DNA of 61,091 nt from a bacterium. GTDB lineage: Bacteria > Patescibacteriota > Minisyncoccia > Minisyncoccales > DG-74-3. Numbering within the stretch: the stretch's first letter is position 1; each line of letters begins with the position of its first letter. The stretch covers positions 1-61,091 of the forward strand of contig JAUVYE010000003.1 in NCBI GenBank assembly GCA_030603245.1, in the 5' to 3' direction. A program made the position numbers and the translations under genes. A model generated the notes under the pieces. It was not told where the DNA came from and did no database searches. It saw nothing but the letters and a program-made list of their open reading frames with translations. Shown here piece after piece: positions 33,814 to 42,862 of the stretch.

Positions 33814-35079
33814 TTAGTCAAGATTTAACTCAAGTTTAATTTTTTCATCATTTTGAGGAACATTTTTAACCCAAAAAGGCCAAAACTGAACTGAAGAAGT
33901 TTCAATTTGAGGATAATTTTTTAAATAAAATTCGGTTGCATCAAGAGATTTTCCTTTCAGATCTTGTTTTAAATTGATTTCATTAATATCAGAATAAATT
34001 TTGGCTGTAGCCTTCAAATCAAATTTAATCTTACCAGAATCAAAGTCTATATCTATTAAATCATAATTTAAATCTAAGCTTTCTTGATAAATCTTTTTAT
34101 CAGTCGAAATCTGAGATGAAATAAAATCAATAATAAAATCCTTTACATCTTCGTCCCTAAAAACTAATGCTGAGGATTCTGCTTTTATTCGAAAAGTAAA
34201 TTTATCTGCTTCTTCTCCAACTGCAACTGAAGAAAAAATCACAGGAGTCTTTGTCTCTGTTGCTTGTTCTAATAAAATATATTCAGATGAAATTTTTTCG
34301 TTCAGTTCAATCAAACACTCATCTATTACTCTTTTCTCTAAACTCTTTTCTGCTTCATCCAAATCTTTTTGGCTAACCTGAGAAACTTCTCTTTTAAATC
34401 CTCCAAACATTGATTGGAAAGATTTTCCATAAAAAAATGTGTAGCGAGCAGTGCCAGCAAGTCCAGGAATAGAAAAAGTAGACGGTCCAATATTAAAGTC
34501 TTCTCCTGGCTGGTCTGCTATTATTTGAACATCTAAAAACCCTGGCACCAATTCTCCTTTTTCATAATGGCCGCCGGGAACCGTTATCCTTTTTGTTGTT
34601 CTAAATAATTTTCCCTCAGTAGACATAAATCGAGTATTAACTACTAATGTTTGAGAAGAGGTTGAATAAGTATTATAAACACGAATTACACCTGATGCTT
34701 TGCTTTCTTTAAGCGCTGTATCGGTTGCTTGAAACTCTTCAAAAATTATCTTTTCAACTGTATGAAATTTTCCTGGAATAGCTAAAGAAGAATAATCAAT
34801 ATTGTTTAAATTTTTATCAATTATTAGATCTGTTTCAAAACTTAAAATCTCTGATTCTGGAGAGATTACTATTGTTGCTTTAGGAAAATAAAAATAACAA
34901 AAAGCCCCAATTAAGATTAAAATAAAACACAAAACTATTCGTCTTGCGTTCAAAGAAGAAGAATCAACCTCGAGTAAAAACGATTCAATTTCTTGTTTTT
35001 TTTCTGAATCTTCTTCCTCTATAACTTCTATTTTTTCTATCTTGTCTGGTGGTAGAATATCAAATATTTTCTTTACCAT
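33814..35079 (-). CDS. membrane-anchored hypothetical protein (weak baseplate-J-like region)
   Basis: single TM then a beta-rich domain; ASGVIRVYN...TRF...GKLFRT...GEDFNI pattern recalled from CPR proteins. Confidence 0.75.
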   Translation of the reverse strand: MVKKIFDILPPDKIEKIEVIEEEDSEKKQEIESFLLEVDSSSLNARRIVLCFILILIGAFCYFYFPKATIVISPESEILSFETDLIIDKNLNNIDYSSLAIPGKFHTVEKIIFEEFQATDTALKESKASGVIRVYNTYSTSSQTLVVNTRFMSTEGKLFRTTKRITVPGGHYEKGELVPGFLDVQIIADQPGEDFNIGPSTFSIPGLAGTARYTFFYGKSFQSMFGGFKREVSQVSQKDLDEAEKSLEKRVIDECLIELNEKISSEYILLEQATETKTPVIFSSVAVGEEADKFTFRIKAESSALVFRDEDVKDFIIDFISSQISTDKKIYQESLDLNYDLIDIDFDSGKIKFDLKATAKIYSDINEINLKQDLKGKSLDATEFYLKNYPQIETSSVQFWPFWVKNVPQNDEKIKLELNLD

Positions 35080-35105
35080 TTTTTAAGTATATCACACAAA
35101 TTTAT

Positions 35106-36776
35106 TTACTCTAAAACAGCTCTAATTCTTCTAATGCCAGCTCCTGAGGATTCTTCTTTAATAATCCTAAAAACCCCTAATTCTGATGTTCTTTTAATGT
35201 GTGGTCCGCCACAGATTTCTTTAGAAAAACCGCCAATTGAGTAAACATTAACCTTATTAGGATATTTATTTTTGAAAAAAGCTAAAGCTCCAGATTTTAT
35301 TGCCTTCTCATAACTCACTTCCTCTTTCTTGATTTTTAAATCTTGTTTAATTTTCTGATTAACCAAAGTTTCAACTTTCTTTATTTCGGTTTCAGTCATT
35401 TTTTTAGAGTGAGAAAAATCAAATCTCAATCTCTCAGCAGTAATGTCAGAACCCATTTGCTTAACCCCTTCTCCTAAAATCTGTCTTAATGCCTGATGAA
35501 GTAAATGAGTAGCTGTATGAAGCTTGATTGATTCATCTCCAGCTTGTTTTCCAATTCCTCCAAACTTTTTTTCTATTCCTGCCCGAGAAATCTGTTGATG
35601 TTTCTTAAAAGCACTCTCAAAACCTTGTTTATCTACTTTAAGATCTTTTTGCTCAGCTAATTCAATTGTCAATTCCAAAGGAAAACCATAAGTATCATAA
35701 AGATGAAAAGCATCAATTCCTGAAATATTACCTTTTAATGAAATTTTTTCAAATTGTTTTAATCCTTTGACCAGAGCTTTCTCAAACCTTTCTCCTTCAT
35801 TCTGAATAACAGTCATAATTTCTGCTTCCTTTGATTTAATTTCAGGATAAATGTCTTGATAGATTTCAACAACCTTAGGAACTAAACCAATTAAAAAATT
35901 ATTAGACAATCCAAGTATTTTTTCTAAACCAATTATTCTTCTTATTAAACGACGCAGAATATATCCCCTATCTTTGTTAGAGGGCAAAATGCCTTCTGAA
36001 ATTAAAAAGGTGCAAGCTTTAATATGGTCAGAAATAATTCTCTTAGCTCTTTCGTTCTTTCCTGAAATCTCTCTCATTATTGGTTCAAACAAATCTGTTT
36101 CAAAAATGGATGGTTTATTTTGAATTACTTTAGCCAATCTTTCCAAACCAAGGCCTGTATCTACTCCTTTTTGCTCTAAAGGACTTAATTTGCCATGCTT
36201 ATCTCTAAAATATTCATTAAACACCAGATTCCAAATTTCAAGCTCTTTATAATAAATCTCTACTGTTGGTCCGCAAGGACCTTCTAAACCAGTGGGTCCC
36301 CAAAAATTCTCCTTTCTACACATTTTTTTAATCTTGCTTTCTGGAACTCCTAATTTTTTCAAAATTGAAAATGATTCTTTATCAAAAGGAGTGTCTTTAT
36401 CTCCTTTAAAAACAGTAAAATAACATTCCTGTTTATTCAACTTCAATTCTTCAAACAAAAAAGAAAAAGCTAATTTAATCGCCCCTTCTTTGAAATAATC
36501 ACCAAAGCTAAAATTGCCCAGCATTTCAAAAAATATCAAATGAGTCTTGTCTCCAATTCTGTCAATATCAGAGGTTCTAAAACTTTGCTGACAAGAAACA
36601 ACTTTATTGCCATAAGGAGAGGGTTCTCCTAAAAAGTATCGCTTAAACTGCTGCATTCCAGCCGTAGTCAAAAGAACGCTCGGATCATCAGGAATAAGCG
36701 AAGAAGAGGCCACGATCTTGTGTCCATTTTTCTCAAAAAACTTTAAAAAACTCTCTCTTAGTTTATTTGAGTTCAT
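35106..36776 (-). CDS. alaS: alanyl-tRNA synthetase (short; no C-Ala domain)
   Basis: LLTTAGMQQFK, FEMLGNFSFGDY, HTATHLLH, CGGPH. Confidence 0.96.
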   Translation of the reverse strand: MNSNKLRESFLKFFEKNGHKIVASSSLIPDDPSVLLTTAGMQQFKRYFLGEPSPYGNKVVSCQQSFRTSDIDRIGDKTHLIFFEMLGNFSFGDYFKEGAIKLAFSFLFEELKLNKQECYFTVFKGDKDTPFDKESFSILKKLGVPESKIKKMCRKENFWGPTGLEGPCGPTVEIYYKELEIWNLVFNEYFRDKHGKLSPLEQKGVDTGLGLERLAKVIQNKPSIFETDLFEPIMREISGKNERAKRIISDHIKACTFLISEGILPSNKDRGYILRRLIRRIIGLEKILGLSNNFLIGLVPKVVEIYQDIYPEIKSKEAEIMTVIQNEGERFEKALVKGLKQFEKISLKGNISGIDAFHLYDTYGFPLELTIELAEQKDLKVDKQGFESAFKKHQQISRAGIEKKFGGIGKQAGDESIKLHTATHLLHQALRQILGEGVKQMGSDITAERLRFDFSHSKKMTETEIKKVETLVNQKIKQDLKIKKEEVSYEKAIKSGALAFFKNKYPNKVNVYSIGGFSKEICGGPHIKRTSELGVFRIIKEESSGAGIRRIRAVLE

Positions 36777-36812
36777 AAATAGATATTATCAAAAAAACAC
36801 GATATTTGAAAA

Positions 36813-37862
36813 TTATTTTATTACCCCTCCTCCCAAAACCTCATTTTCTTTATAAAAAACAACTGACTGTCCAGGAGTTATTGCCCTTTGGGTTTTTAGA
36901 AATCTAACTCTAATATTTCTTCCATACTTATCAACAATAGCCCTACCACCTTTATGACCATACCTGATTTTAGCTAAAACTTTGATTGGGAAATTAGGTT
37001 CTTCACCTGAAATCCAATTTGCTTTCTGAACTATTAATTCTTTCTGATACAAATCTTTTTCGTTTTGGCTAACTATTAAAGCATTCCTTTTAAAGTCTAT
37101 TTTTAATACATAATAAGGTTTGGGTCCTGGTATTCGTATATTTTTTCTCTGACCAATTGTATATAGACTTAATCCAAAATGCTGACCAATCTTGTTTCCA
37201 TCAACATCTAAAATAGGACCTGGTTTTAAAGACAAATGTTTTTTAATAAATTGTCCAAAACTATTTTCAATAAAACAAATGTCCTCAGATTCTGACTTAA
37301 TTAATTTAGCAATACCAAATTTTTTAGCCAATTTCCTTGTTTCTGTTTTAGTATAATTCCCCACTGGAAACAACAATCTCTTAAGCTTTCTCTGGTTCAT
37401 AGTCCAAAGAAAATAACTCTGATCTTTTAATTTATCTTTTGATTTTAATAACTTATAATTTGTTTCTTGTTTCTTGTTTCTTGTTTCTTGTTTTCTCGCA
37501 TAGTGTCCTGTTGCTAAATAGTCTGATTTAAGCTCTAAGGCTTTATCTAGAAATAAGCCAAACTTAATCTGCTGATTACATCTGATGCAAGGGTTGGGAG
37601 TTCTGCCTTTCTTATATTCTTTTAAAAAATAATCTATAATTTTCTTTTGAAATTCTTTATGAAAATCAAAAACCAAAAAAGGAATATGTAAATATTTAGC
37701 TATTGTCCGGGCTTCTTTTTCCGCTTTCCTAAACTTTTTAGATTTAACAAGTCGCATAAAAACCCCTGTTATATCAAAATCCTGCTCTTTTAATAGAGCA
37801 GCTGATGTTGAGCTATCTACTCCTCCACTCATTCCTACAATTACTTTTTTTTGCCTCTTCAT
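36813..37862 (-). CDS. mnmA: tRNA 2-thiouridylase MnmA
   Basis: MSGGVDSS, PNPCIRCN, ATGHY, KDQSYFL, AITPGQ. Confidence 0.97.
   Translation of the reverse strand: MKRQKKVIVGMSGGVDSSTSAALLKEQDFDITGVFMRLVKSKKFRKAEKEARTIAKYLHIPFLVFDFHKEFQKKIIDYFLKEYKKGRTPNPCIRCNQQIKFGLFLDKALELKSDYLATGHYARKQETRNKKQETNYKLLKSKDKLKDQSYFLWTMNQRKLKRLLFPVGNYTKTETRKLAKKFGIAKLIKSESEDICFIENSFGQFIKKHLSLKPGPILDVDGNKIGQHFGLSLYTIGQRKNIRIPGPKPYYVLKIDFKRNALIVSQNEKDLYQKELIVQKANWISGEEPNFPIKVLAKIRYGHKGGRAIVDKYGRNIRVRFLKTQRAITPGQSVVFYKENEVLGGGVIK
37460..37494. repeat. 7-bp simple sequence repeat inside mnmA
   Basis: (TTGTTTC)x4 plus TTGTTTT. Confidence 0.95.
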
Positions 37863-37865
37863 ATT

Positions 37866-38378
37866 TCAGGCATATCTATCAGCCACCGTTGAAGCCACAT
37901 ATGCTTCTGGTTTAATTTTGGGTTCAAAGCCATTGCCTCTGATTAAGCCTGTTACTTCTTTTATCATATCTCTGGTAGCTCCATTTTCCCCAATATCAGC
38001 ATGAATGTAACGAAACTCATAATTGAGCAAATCAGAAACTTTATTAGATTGTTTATTTAAATTCTCTCTCAAACATAAAGCTAATTCACAAGATAATAAT
38101 ACTTCTTCTAAAATTCTTTGATGAAGATTATGAAATTTCTTATCAGAATATTTTATTTTTTTCAGAAAAAACCTACCTCCTTCTCCTTTTCTCAATATAA
38201 CTATAACCAAGGGAAAAGAGGGTTCTAATCCAGAAGAAGAATCACAACCAACAATAATATCATAAAACTTGTCTGATTTCTCAGACATATAATTGAAAAG
38301 TTCATTTACTACTCCTTCTAACGTTAAATCTCCCCTAGTTGGATTATAAAAATGACCTTGTAAAACTTTATTATTCAT
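37866..38378 (-). CDS. RNase H-like YkuK-family protein
   Basis: IIVGCDS, RILEEV, IHADIGENG, IKPEAYVASTVADRY. Confidence 0.85.
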   Translation of the reverse strand: MNNKVLQGHFYNPTRGDLTLEGVVNELFNYMSEKSDKFYDIIVGCDSSSGLEPSFPLVIVILRKGEGGRFFLKKIKYSDKKFHNLHQRILEEVLLSCELALCLRENLNKQSNKVSDLLNYEFRYIHADIGENGATRDMIKEVTGLIRGNGFEPKIKPEAYVASTVADRYA

Positions 38379-39064
38379 ACTTGACTCACTTTTTTAATTA
38401 TTTTAACAAATTCTTTAGGGTTTAAAGAGGCTCCACCTATTAAAAGTCCTTGGAATTGGGCCTTTTTAATAAAATCTTTGGCATTTTTAGAGTTAACACT
38501 ACCACCGTACAAAATAGCAGCTTGTTCCCCTAAGATTTTCCTAATAGAAAAATTCATTTTCTTGGCTTTGTTGATACTGCAAGCTTTTCCTGTTCCAATT
38601 GCAAAAATTGGCTCATAAGCAATTACAATCTTTTTTATCTCTTTTTTTGAAATTCCCTTAAGACCTCTTTTAACCTGATTAATACTATCAATACATAAGA
38701 TTGGTTTCAAGTTATTTGCTAAAGCAGCCTTAAGTTTTTTATTCACCATAGCACATGTTTCCTTGAAATATCTTCTTCTTTCTGAATGTCCAATAATAAC
38801 ATACTTACACCCAATATCTTTTAACATAAAAGGAGAAATTTCTCCAGTAAAAGCACCTCTGCCAGCTGGCAGATTCTTCCAGAAACAATTTTGAGCTCCC
38901 AATGTCAAACCAAACAATTTAGATAAATAAACAAAGGGGGGACAAACAACCACTTCAACCTCTTTAACAACTCCTATTCCTTTCTTGACTACACTAAAAA
39001 GCTTCTTAGCCTTAACCAAGTTATTGGGATTACATTTCCAATTTGCTACGATTAAATGTTTCAT
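38375..39064 (-). CDS. tpiA: triosephosphate isomerase
   Basis: ANWKCN, GHSERR, AYEPIFAIGTG, LYGGSV. Confidence 0.96.
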   Translation of the reverse strand: MKHLIVANWKCNPNNLVKAKKLFSVVKKGIGVVKEVEVVVCPPFVYLSKLFGLTLGAQNCFWKNLPAGRGAFTGEISPFMLKDIGCKYVIIGHSERRRYFKETCAMVNKKLKAALANNLKPILCIDSINQVKRGLKGISKKEIKKIVIAYEPIFAIGTGKACSINKAKKMNFSIRKILGEQAAILYGGSVNSKNAKDFIKKAQFQGLLIGGASLNPKEFVKIIKKVSQV

Positions 39065-39133
39065 AATTTCTACGAATTACGAATTACTACTAATGTACGA
39101 ATAAAAAAATAGAATTTAGTGCTACTTTTTCTA

Positions 39134-39628
39134 TTAGGGACATCCAAATGCTTTGCATATATCATCTCCTCTGCTTACTGGTAAGCCGTTCCAGCTTTCA
39201 AAGCTCCCATTAGCACCAGCAGAACATATCTTTGAACCATATGGATCGCCAGGACATCCTTCCTCAATTGGGCCATCTAGAGCATAGCAATTACCCCAAG
39301 GATCTTTAGGAACTTCTGAAAGCCAGGGACCCATCCAATTAGCATAGTAGTTGCCAGGATTATCAACAAAACCAACAACAGTTCCAGAACCCCAATATGT
39401 GCAGCCTGTACCTATATCAGTATTGAGGGGAGTAGGAGAAGTACCATTTGATTCTTGATAATTTATTAAAATAATTTGATGTGATTGTCTAACCATTTCT
39501 TGGGCCTTTGCAATTTTTGTCTTCTCTCTTGCGCTTTTCATGCTCACCAAAACAATACTGGAAATTAAGCCAATAACAGCAATAACTACCAAGAGTTCAA
39601 TTAGGGTAAAAGATTTTTGTTTTGACAT
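39134..39628 (-). CDS. type IV pilin / GspG-like pseudopilin
   Basis: KS|FTLIELLVVIAVIG class III signal; PKDPWGN; several Cys. Confidence 0.9.
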   Translation of the reverse strand: MSKQKSFTLIELLVVIAVIGLISSIVLVSMKSAREKTKIAKAQEMVRQSHQIILINYQESNGTSPTPLNTDIGTGCTYWGSGTVVGFVDNPGNYYANWMGPWLSEVPKDPWGNCYALDGPIEEGCPGDPYGSKICSAGANGSFESWNGLPVSRGDDICKAFGCP

Positions 39629-39633
39629 AAGGA

Positions 39634-40668
39634 TTACTGTTTTCTCAAATATTGAGCTGCTTTTTCTGGTTCAATAATTGAAATCTCCATTCTAGTACCG
39701 ATTTCAAACCCAGCCCAAGTACTTGTCTTGGGCACAATTGTCCAATGCCAATGATAATAATCATAATTCTTTCCATCACAAGGAGCAGTATGTAGGTAAA
39801 AATTATAAGCAGGATCATTAAGGGCTTTATAGAGTCTTTTCAAAGCTTGTCTAAAAGCTTCAGCCAAATACCATTTTTGTTTCTCAGTAATTCTCTCAAA
39901 ATAAGGTAAATGTTTTTTCGGTGAAATAATAACTTGAAAAGCTGATTTAGAGGCAAAAGGACAAATCACCAAAAAATCTTTATTCTCAAAAACAATCCTT
40001 TCTTTTGTTTTTCTTTCCCATTTACTCATTTCACAATAAACGCATTTCTTGTGTTTTTTATAATATTTTCCTGAATTTATAAGTGCTCTTCTTAAATCAG
40101 TATCAATAAGTGGTGTAGTAATAATTTGAGAATGAGGATGTGGTTGGGAAGCGCCAGCTTCAACTCCATGATTGTGAAAAATAGAAACATAATTAACAAA
40201 CCTTTTTTTCATTAAACACAAATATCTGCTTTGATAAGCATCAAAAACTTCTTTTACCTCCTTTGTTGTAAGATGAGCTAATGTTTTCTTATGGTCACGA
40301 GTTACTAGTATCTCGTGAAAACCAACTGCATTTATTCTTTGATAAAGGTTTCCCTCTATTCTTTGTTCTAAAGATTCTGAAGGGAAAAAAGCTGGATACA
40401 AATTAGGAATGACAATTGTGGTCCAATTTTTAGGAATCTTATCTTTTATTTCAAGCTTCTTGCCATTGAAATAAATAAGAACAGGTCTTTTTTGGGTTTC
40501 TATCTTACAAAAAGGACAATCTTTTTTAGAAAGTTTCTTGACTATTCTTTTCTTTTTAAAAGCATTTGGCTTTTTTGCCCTGCCAGTAGCAATTACAACC
40601 CAGTCTCCACTAATTAAATCAAGTCGCAACTCAGAAGGAAACTTAGGTTTTTTTATTCTTTTAGTCAT
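39634..40668 (-). CDS. galT: GalT/HIT-family nucleotidyltransferase
   Basis: CPFC, IPNLYPA, GASQPHPHSQI; substrate not certain. Confidence 0.85.
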   Translation of the reverse strand: MTKRIKKPKFPSELRLDLISGDWVVIATGRAKKPNAFKKKRIVKKLSKKDCPFCKIETQKRPVLIYFNGKKLEIKDKIPKNWTTIVIPNLYPAFFPSESLEQRIEGNLYQRINAVGFHEILVTRDHKKTLAHLTTKEVKEVFDAYQSRYLCLMKKRFVNYVSIFHNHGVEAGASQPHPHSQIITTPLIDTDLRRALINSGKYYKKHKKCVYCEMSKWERKTKERIVFENKDFLVICPFASKSAFQVIISPKKHLPYFERITEKQKWYLAEAFRQALKRLYKALNDPAYNFYLHTAPCDGKNYDYYHWHWTIVPKTSTWAGFEIGTRMEISIIEPEKAAQYLRKQ

Positions 40669-41395
40669 ACACTCTTTTTAATAAATTCAATCTGATTTTA
40701 ATTAAATCCAGACCCATTTTAACCATTGATTTAAATTTTACCTTGCTTTCCAAATCATTTTTCCAATAAATTGGTATTTCTTTAATTTTATAACCTACTC
40801 TTTTGCAAAGAACCAATATTTCAGGATCAAAAGCAAATCTATCAATTTTGCATTTTGGAAAAACCTTTTCTACAACTTCATCTTTAAATCCCTTAAACCC
40901 ACATTGAGTATCTTGAATTCCCCAAAGACCAACCAAAATCTTCCTTAATAATTTAAAGCTTTCGCCAGTAACCACCTTTCTTATCCAGGGCTGAGGCGGA
41001 TCTAAAACAGCTCCCTTAACATTTCTAGAACCAATAACAATATCAAAACCAGCTTCAAACTCAGGAAACATTTTTTCAACTTGATCAATTGAGGTAGAAT
41101 TATCAGCATCAGTAAATACCCTGTATTTTCCTTTAGCTTCTAACATTCCAAATCTAACTGCATAACCTTTTCCCCTGTTCTTTTGATAACCAGTTGGCTT
41201 CAGGTTCTTAATTTCAGAAACTAAAGATTGAGCAACCTCAGATGTTTTATCCGGAGAACCATCATCAACTACCAATATCTCATAATTATAATCCTGCTTA
41301 CTGAGATATTTATTAATCTCTTTTAAGGTTTTAGGCAAACGTCTCTCTTCTTTATAAGCAGGAATAATGACTGACAAATAAATTTCTTTTGACAT
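40661..41395 (-). CDS. GT2 polyprenyl-phosphate glycosyltransferase
   Basis: VIIPAYKEE, VVDDGS, FTDAD, DTQCGFK. Confidence 0.92.
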   Translation of the reverse strand: MSKEIYLSVIIPAYKEERRLPKTLKEINKYLSKQDYNYEILVVDDGSPDKTSEVAQSLVSEIKNLKPTGYQKNRGKGYAVRFGMLEAKGKYRVFTDADNSTSIDQVEKMFPEFEAGFDIVIGSRNVKGAVLDPPQPWIRKVVTGESFKLLRKILVGLWGIQDTQCGFKGFKDEVVEKVFPKCKIDRFAFDPEILVLCKRVGYKIKEIPIYWKNDLESKVKFKSMVKMGLDLIKIRLNLLKRVYD

Positions 41396-41406
41396 ATTAG
41401 GATATT

Positions 41407-42156
41407 TTAACACATTTCTGTCAGCACTTTAACCCCATGTTTAGTAACAACAATGGTGTGCTCAAAATGAGCTGATAAAGAGCCATCAGTAGTTTCATAA
41501 CCAAAACCATCTTTGGTTTTTTTTATTTTCCAATCCCCCATGGTTACCATTGGTTCTAAACAAAAAACCATGCCCTGTTTAATTTTAAAACCAGTATGTC
41601 GTTTTCCATAATTGAGAATTTTAGGCTCTTCATGCAATTCTTTACCAATTCCATGACCGCAAAGATCTCTAACCACATTAAAACCTTGGGATTCAACATA
41701 TCTTTGAATTGTATTGCCAATATCATTAATGGTATTACCTATTTTTGTTTTCTTAATCCCTATTTTAAGGACTTTTTTAGTAATCCGAACCAATCTCTTA
41801 ACTTCTGGATCAACCTCTCCAACAGGTAAAGTAATTGCCATATCAACATGAAAACCATTAAGTTTCATGCCTATGTCTAAAGATAAAATGTCTCCTTGTT
41901 TTAATTTTCTTTCAGAAGGAACTCCATGAACAATCTCTTCATTAATAGAAGTACACAGAGTTGTTGGAAAACCTTCGTACCCCTTAAAAGATGGTTTGCC
42001 TCCAGAATTTAAAATCAGGGTTTCAGCAACCCTGTTTAATTCTTGAGTACTTATGCCCGGCTCTACTCTTTTTTTTAACTCCTCCATGATTGAAGCTAAA
42101 ATCTTGCCGTTCTCAGTCATTATTTGGATCTCTTTTTCTGACTTAATTGGAATCAT
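41407..42156 (-). CDS. map: methionine aminopeptidase type I
   Basis: IVHGVP, GHGIG, EPMV, SAHFEHT. Confidence 0.97.
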   Translation of the reverse strand: MIPIKSEKEIQIMTENGKILASIMEELKKRVEPGISTQELNRVAETLILNSGGKPSFKGYEGFPTTLCTSINEEIVHGVPSERKLKQGDILSLDIGMKLNGFHVDMAITLPVGEVDPEVKRLVRITKKVLKIGIKKTKIGNTINDIGNTIQRYVESQGFNVVRDLCGHGIGKELHEEPKILNYGKRHTGFKIKQGMVFCLEPMVTMGDWKIKKTKDGFGYETTDGSLSAHFEHTIVVTKHGVKVLTEMC

Positions 42157-42848
42157 TTCTCTCCCAAAGCTTTTAAAATGCTCTTAAAAACATTAGCGGG
42201 TGAAGGTGAACCATTTATTTTATCAACTATTAATCCTTGTTTTTCAAACAACTTTAATAATGGCATGGTTCTGTCCTTAAATTCTTTTAGTCGTACCTTA
42301 ATAACCTCAGGACTATCGTCTTTTCTTTCAATCAACTTAGAACCATCTAACTGACACTTGGTTAATTTAACTGTTTCCTGAGAATATAATACTGGGTGGC
42401 GAGCCAATTCACATTCTCTTCTATGGCTGTTTCTAAAAATTGCCTCATCTTCTGTAATCTCAAGATAGATTACTTTAATATTATCTGCCCCATACAATTG
42501 TTTTAAAAGAGGAATAACTCTTTCACCTTCATACATTGTCCTGACAGCACCATCAAAAACAATCCCTTCTCCTTGTTTATGTAATTGCCTGGTCTTTTCT
42601 TCAATAAAATAAGTTAGAAAAGGAGGATCCCATAATTTTCCGCTTTCACTCAACTGTTTTTGCTCCTCAAAATAATATTTCTTGCCCTCAACCTCAATAA
42701 AAGATCCAGGCTCTGCCTTCTCAATAATCCTACCCACTATTCTACTGCTACGCAAATGATAAAGACCGAACTTTTCTGACAACAAATTCGCCTGAGTGCC
42801 TTTACCAGACCCAGGAGAACCAATAATGATTAACGCTTTTTGTTCCAT
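42153..42848 (-). CDS. adk: adenylate kinase
   Basis: GSPGSGKGTQ, DGAVR, RKDD; lies between secY and map. Confidence 0.93.
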   Translation of the reverse strand: MEQKALIIIGSPGSGKGTQANLLSEKFGLYHLRSSRIVGRIIEKAEPGSFIEVEGKKYYFEEQKQLSESGKLWDPPFLTYFIEEKTRQLHKQGEGIVFDGAVRTMYEGERVIPLLKQLYGADNIKVIYLEITEDEAIFRNSHRRECELARHPVLYSQETVKLTKCQLDGSKLIERKDDSPEVIKVRLKEFKDRTMPLLKLFEKQGLIVDKINGSPSPANVFKSILKALGEK

Positions 42849-42862
42849 AAGTTTTTTGAAAA

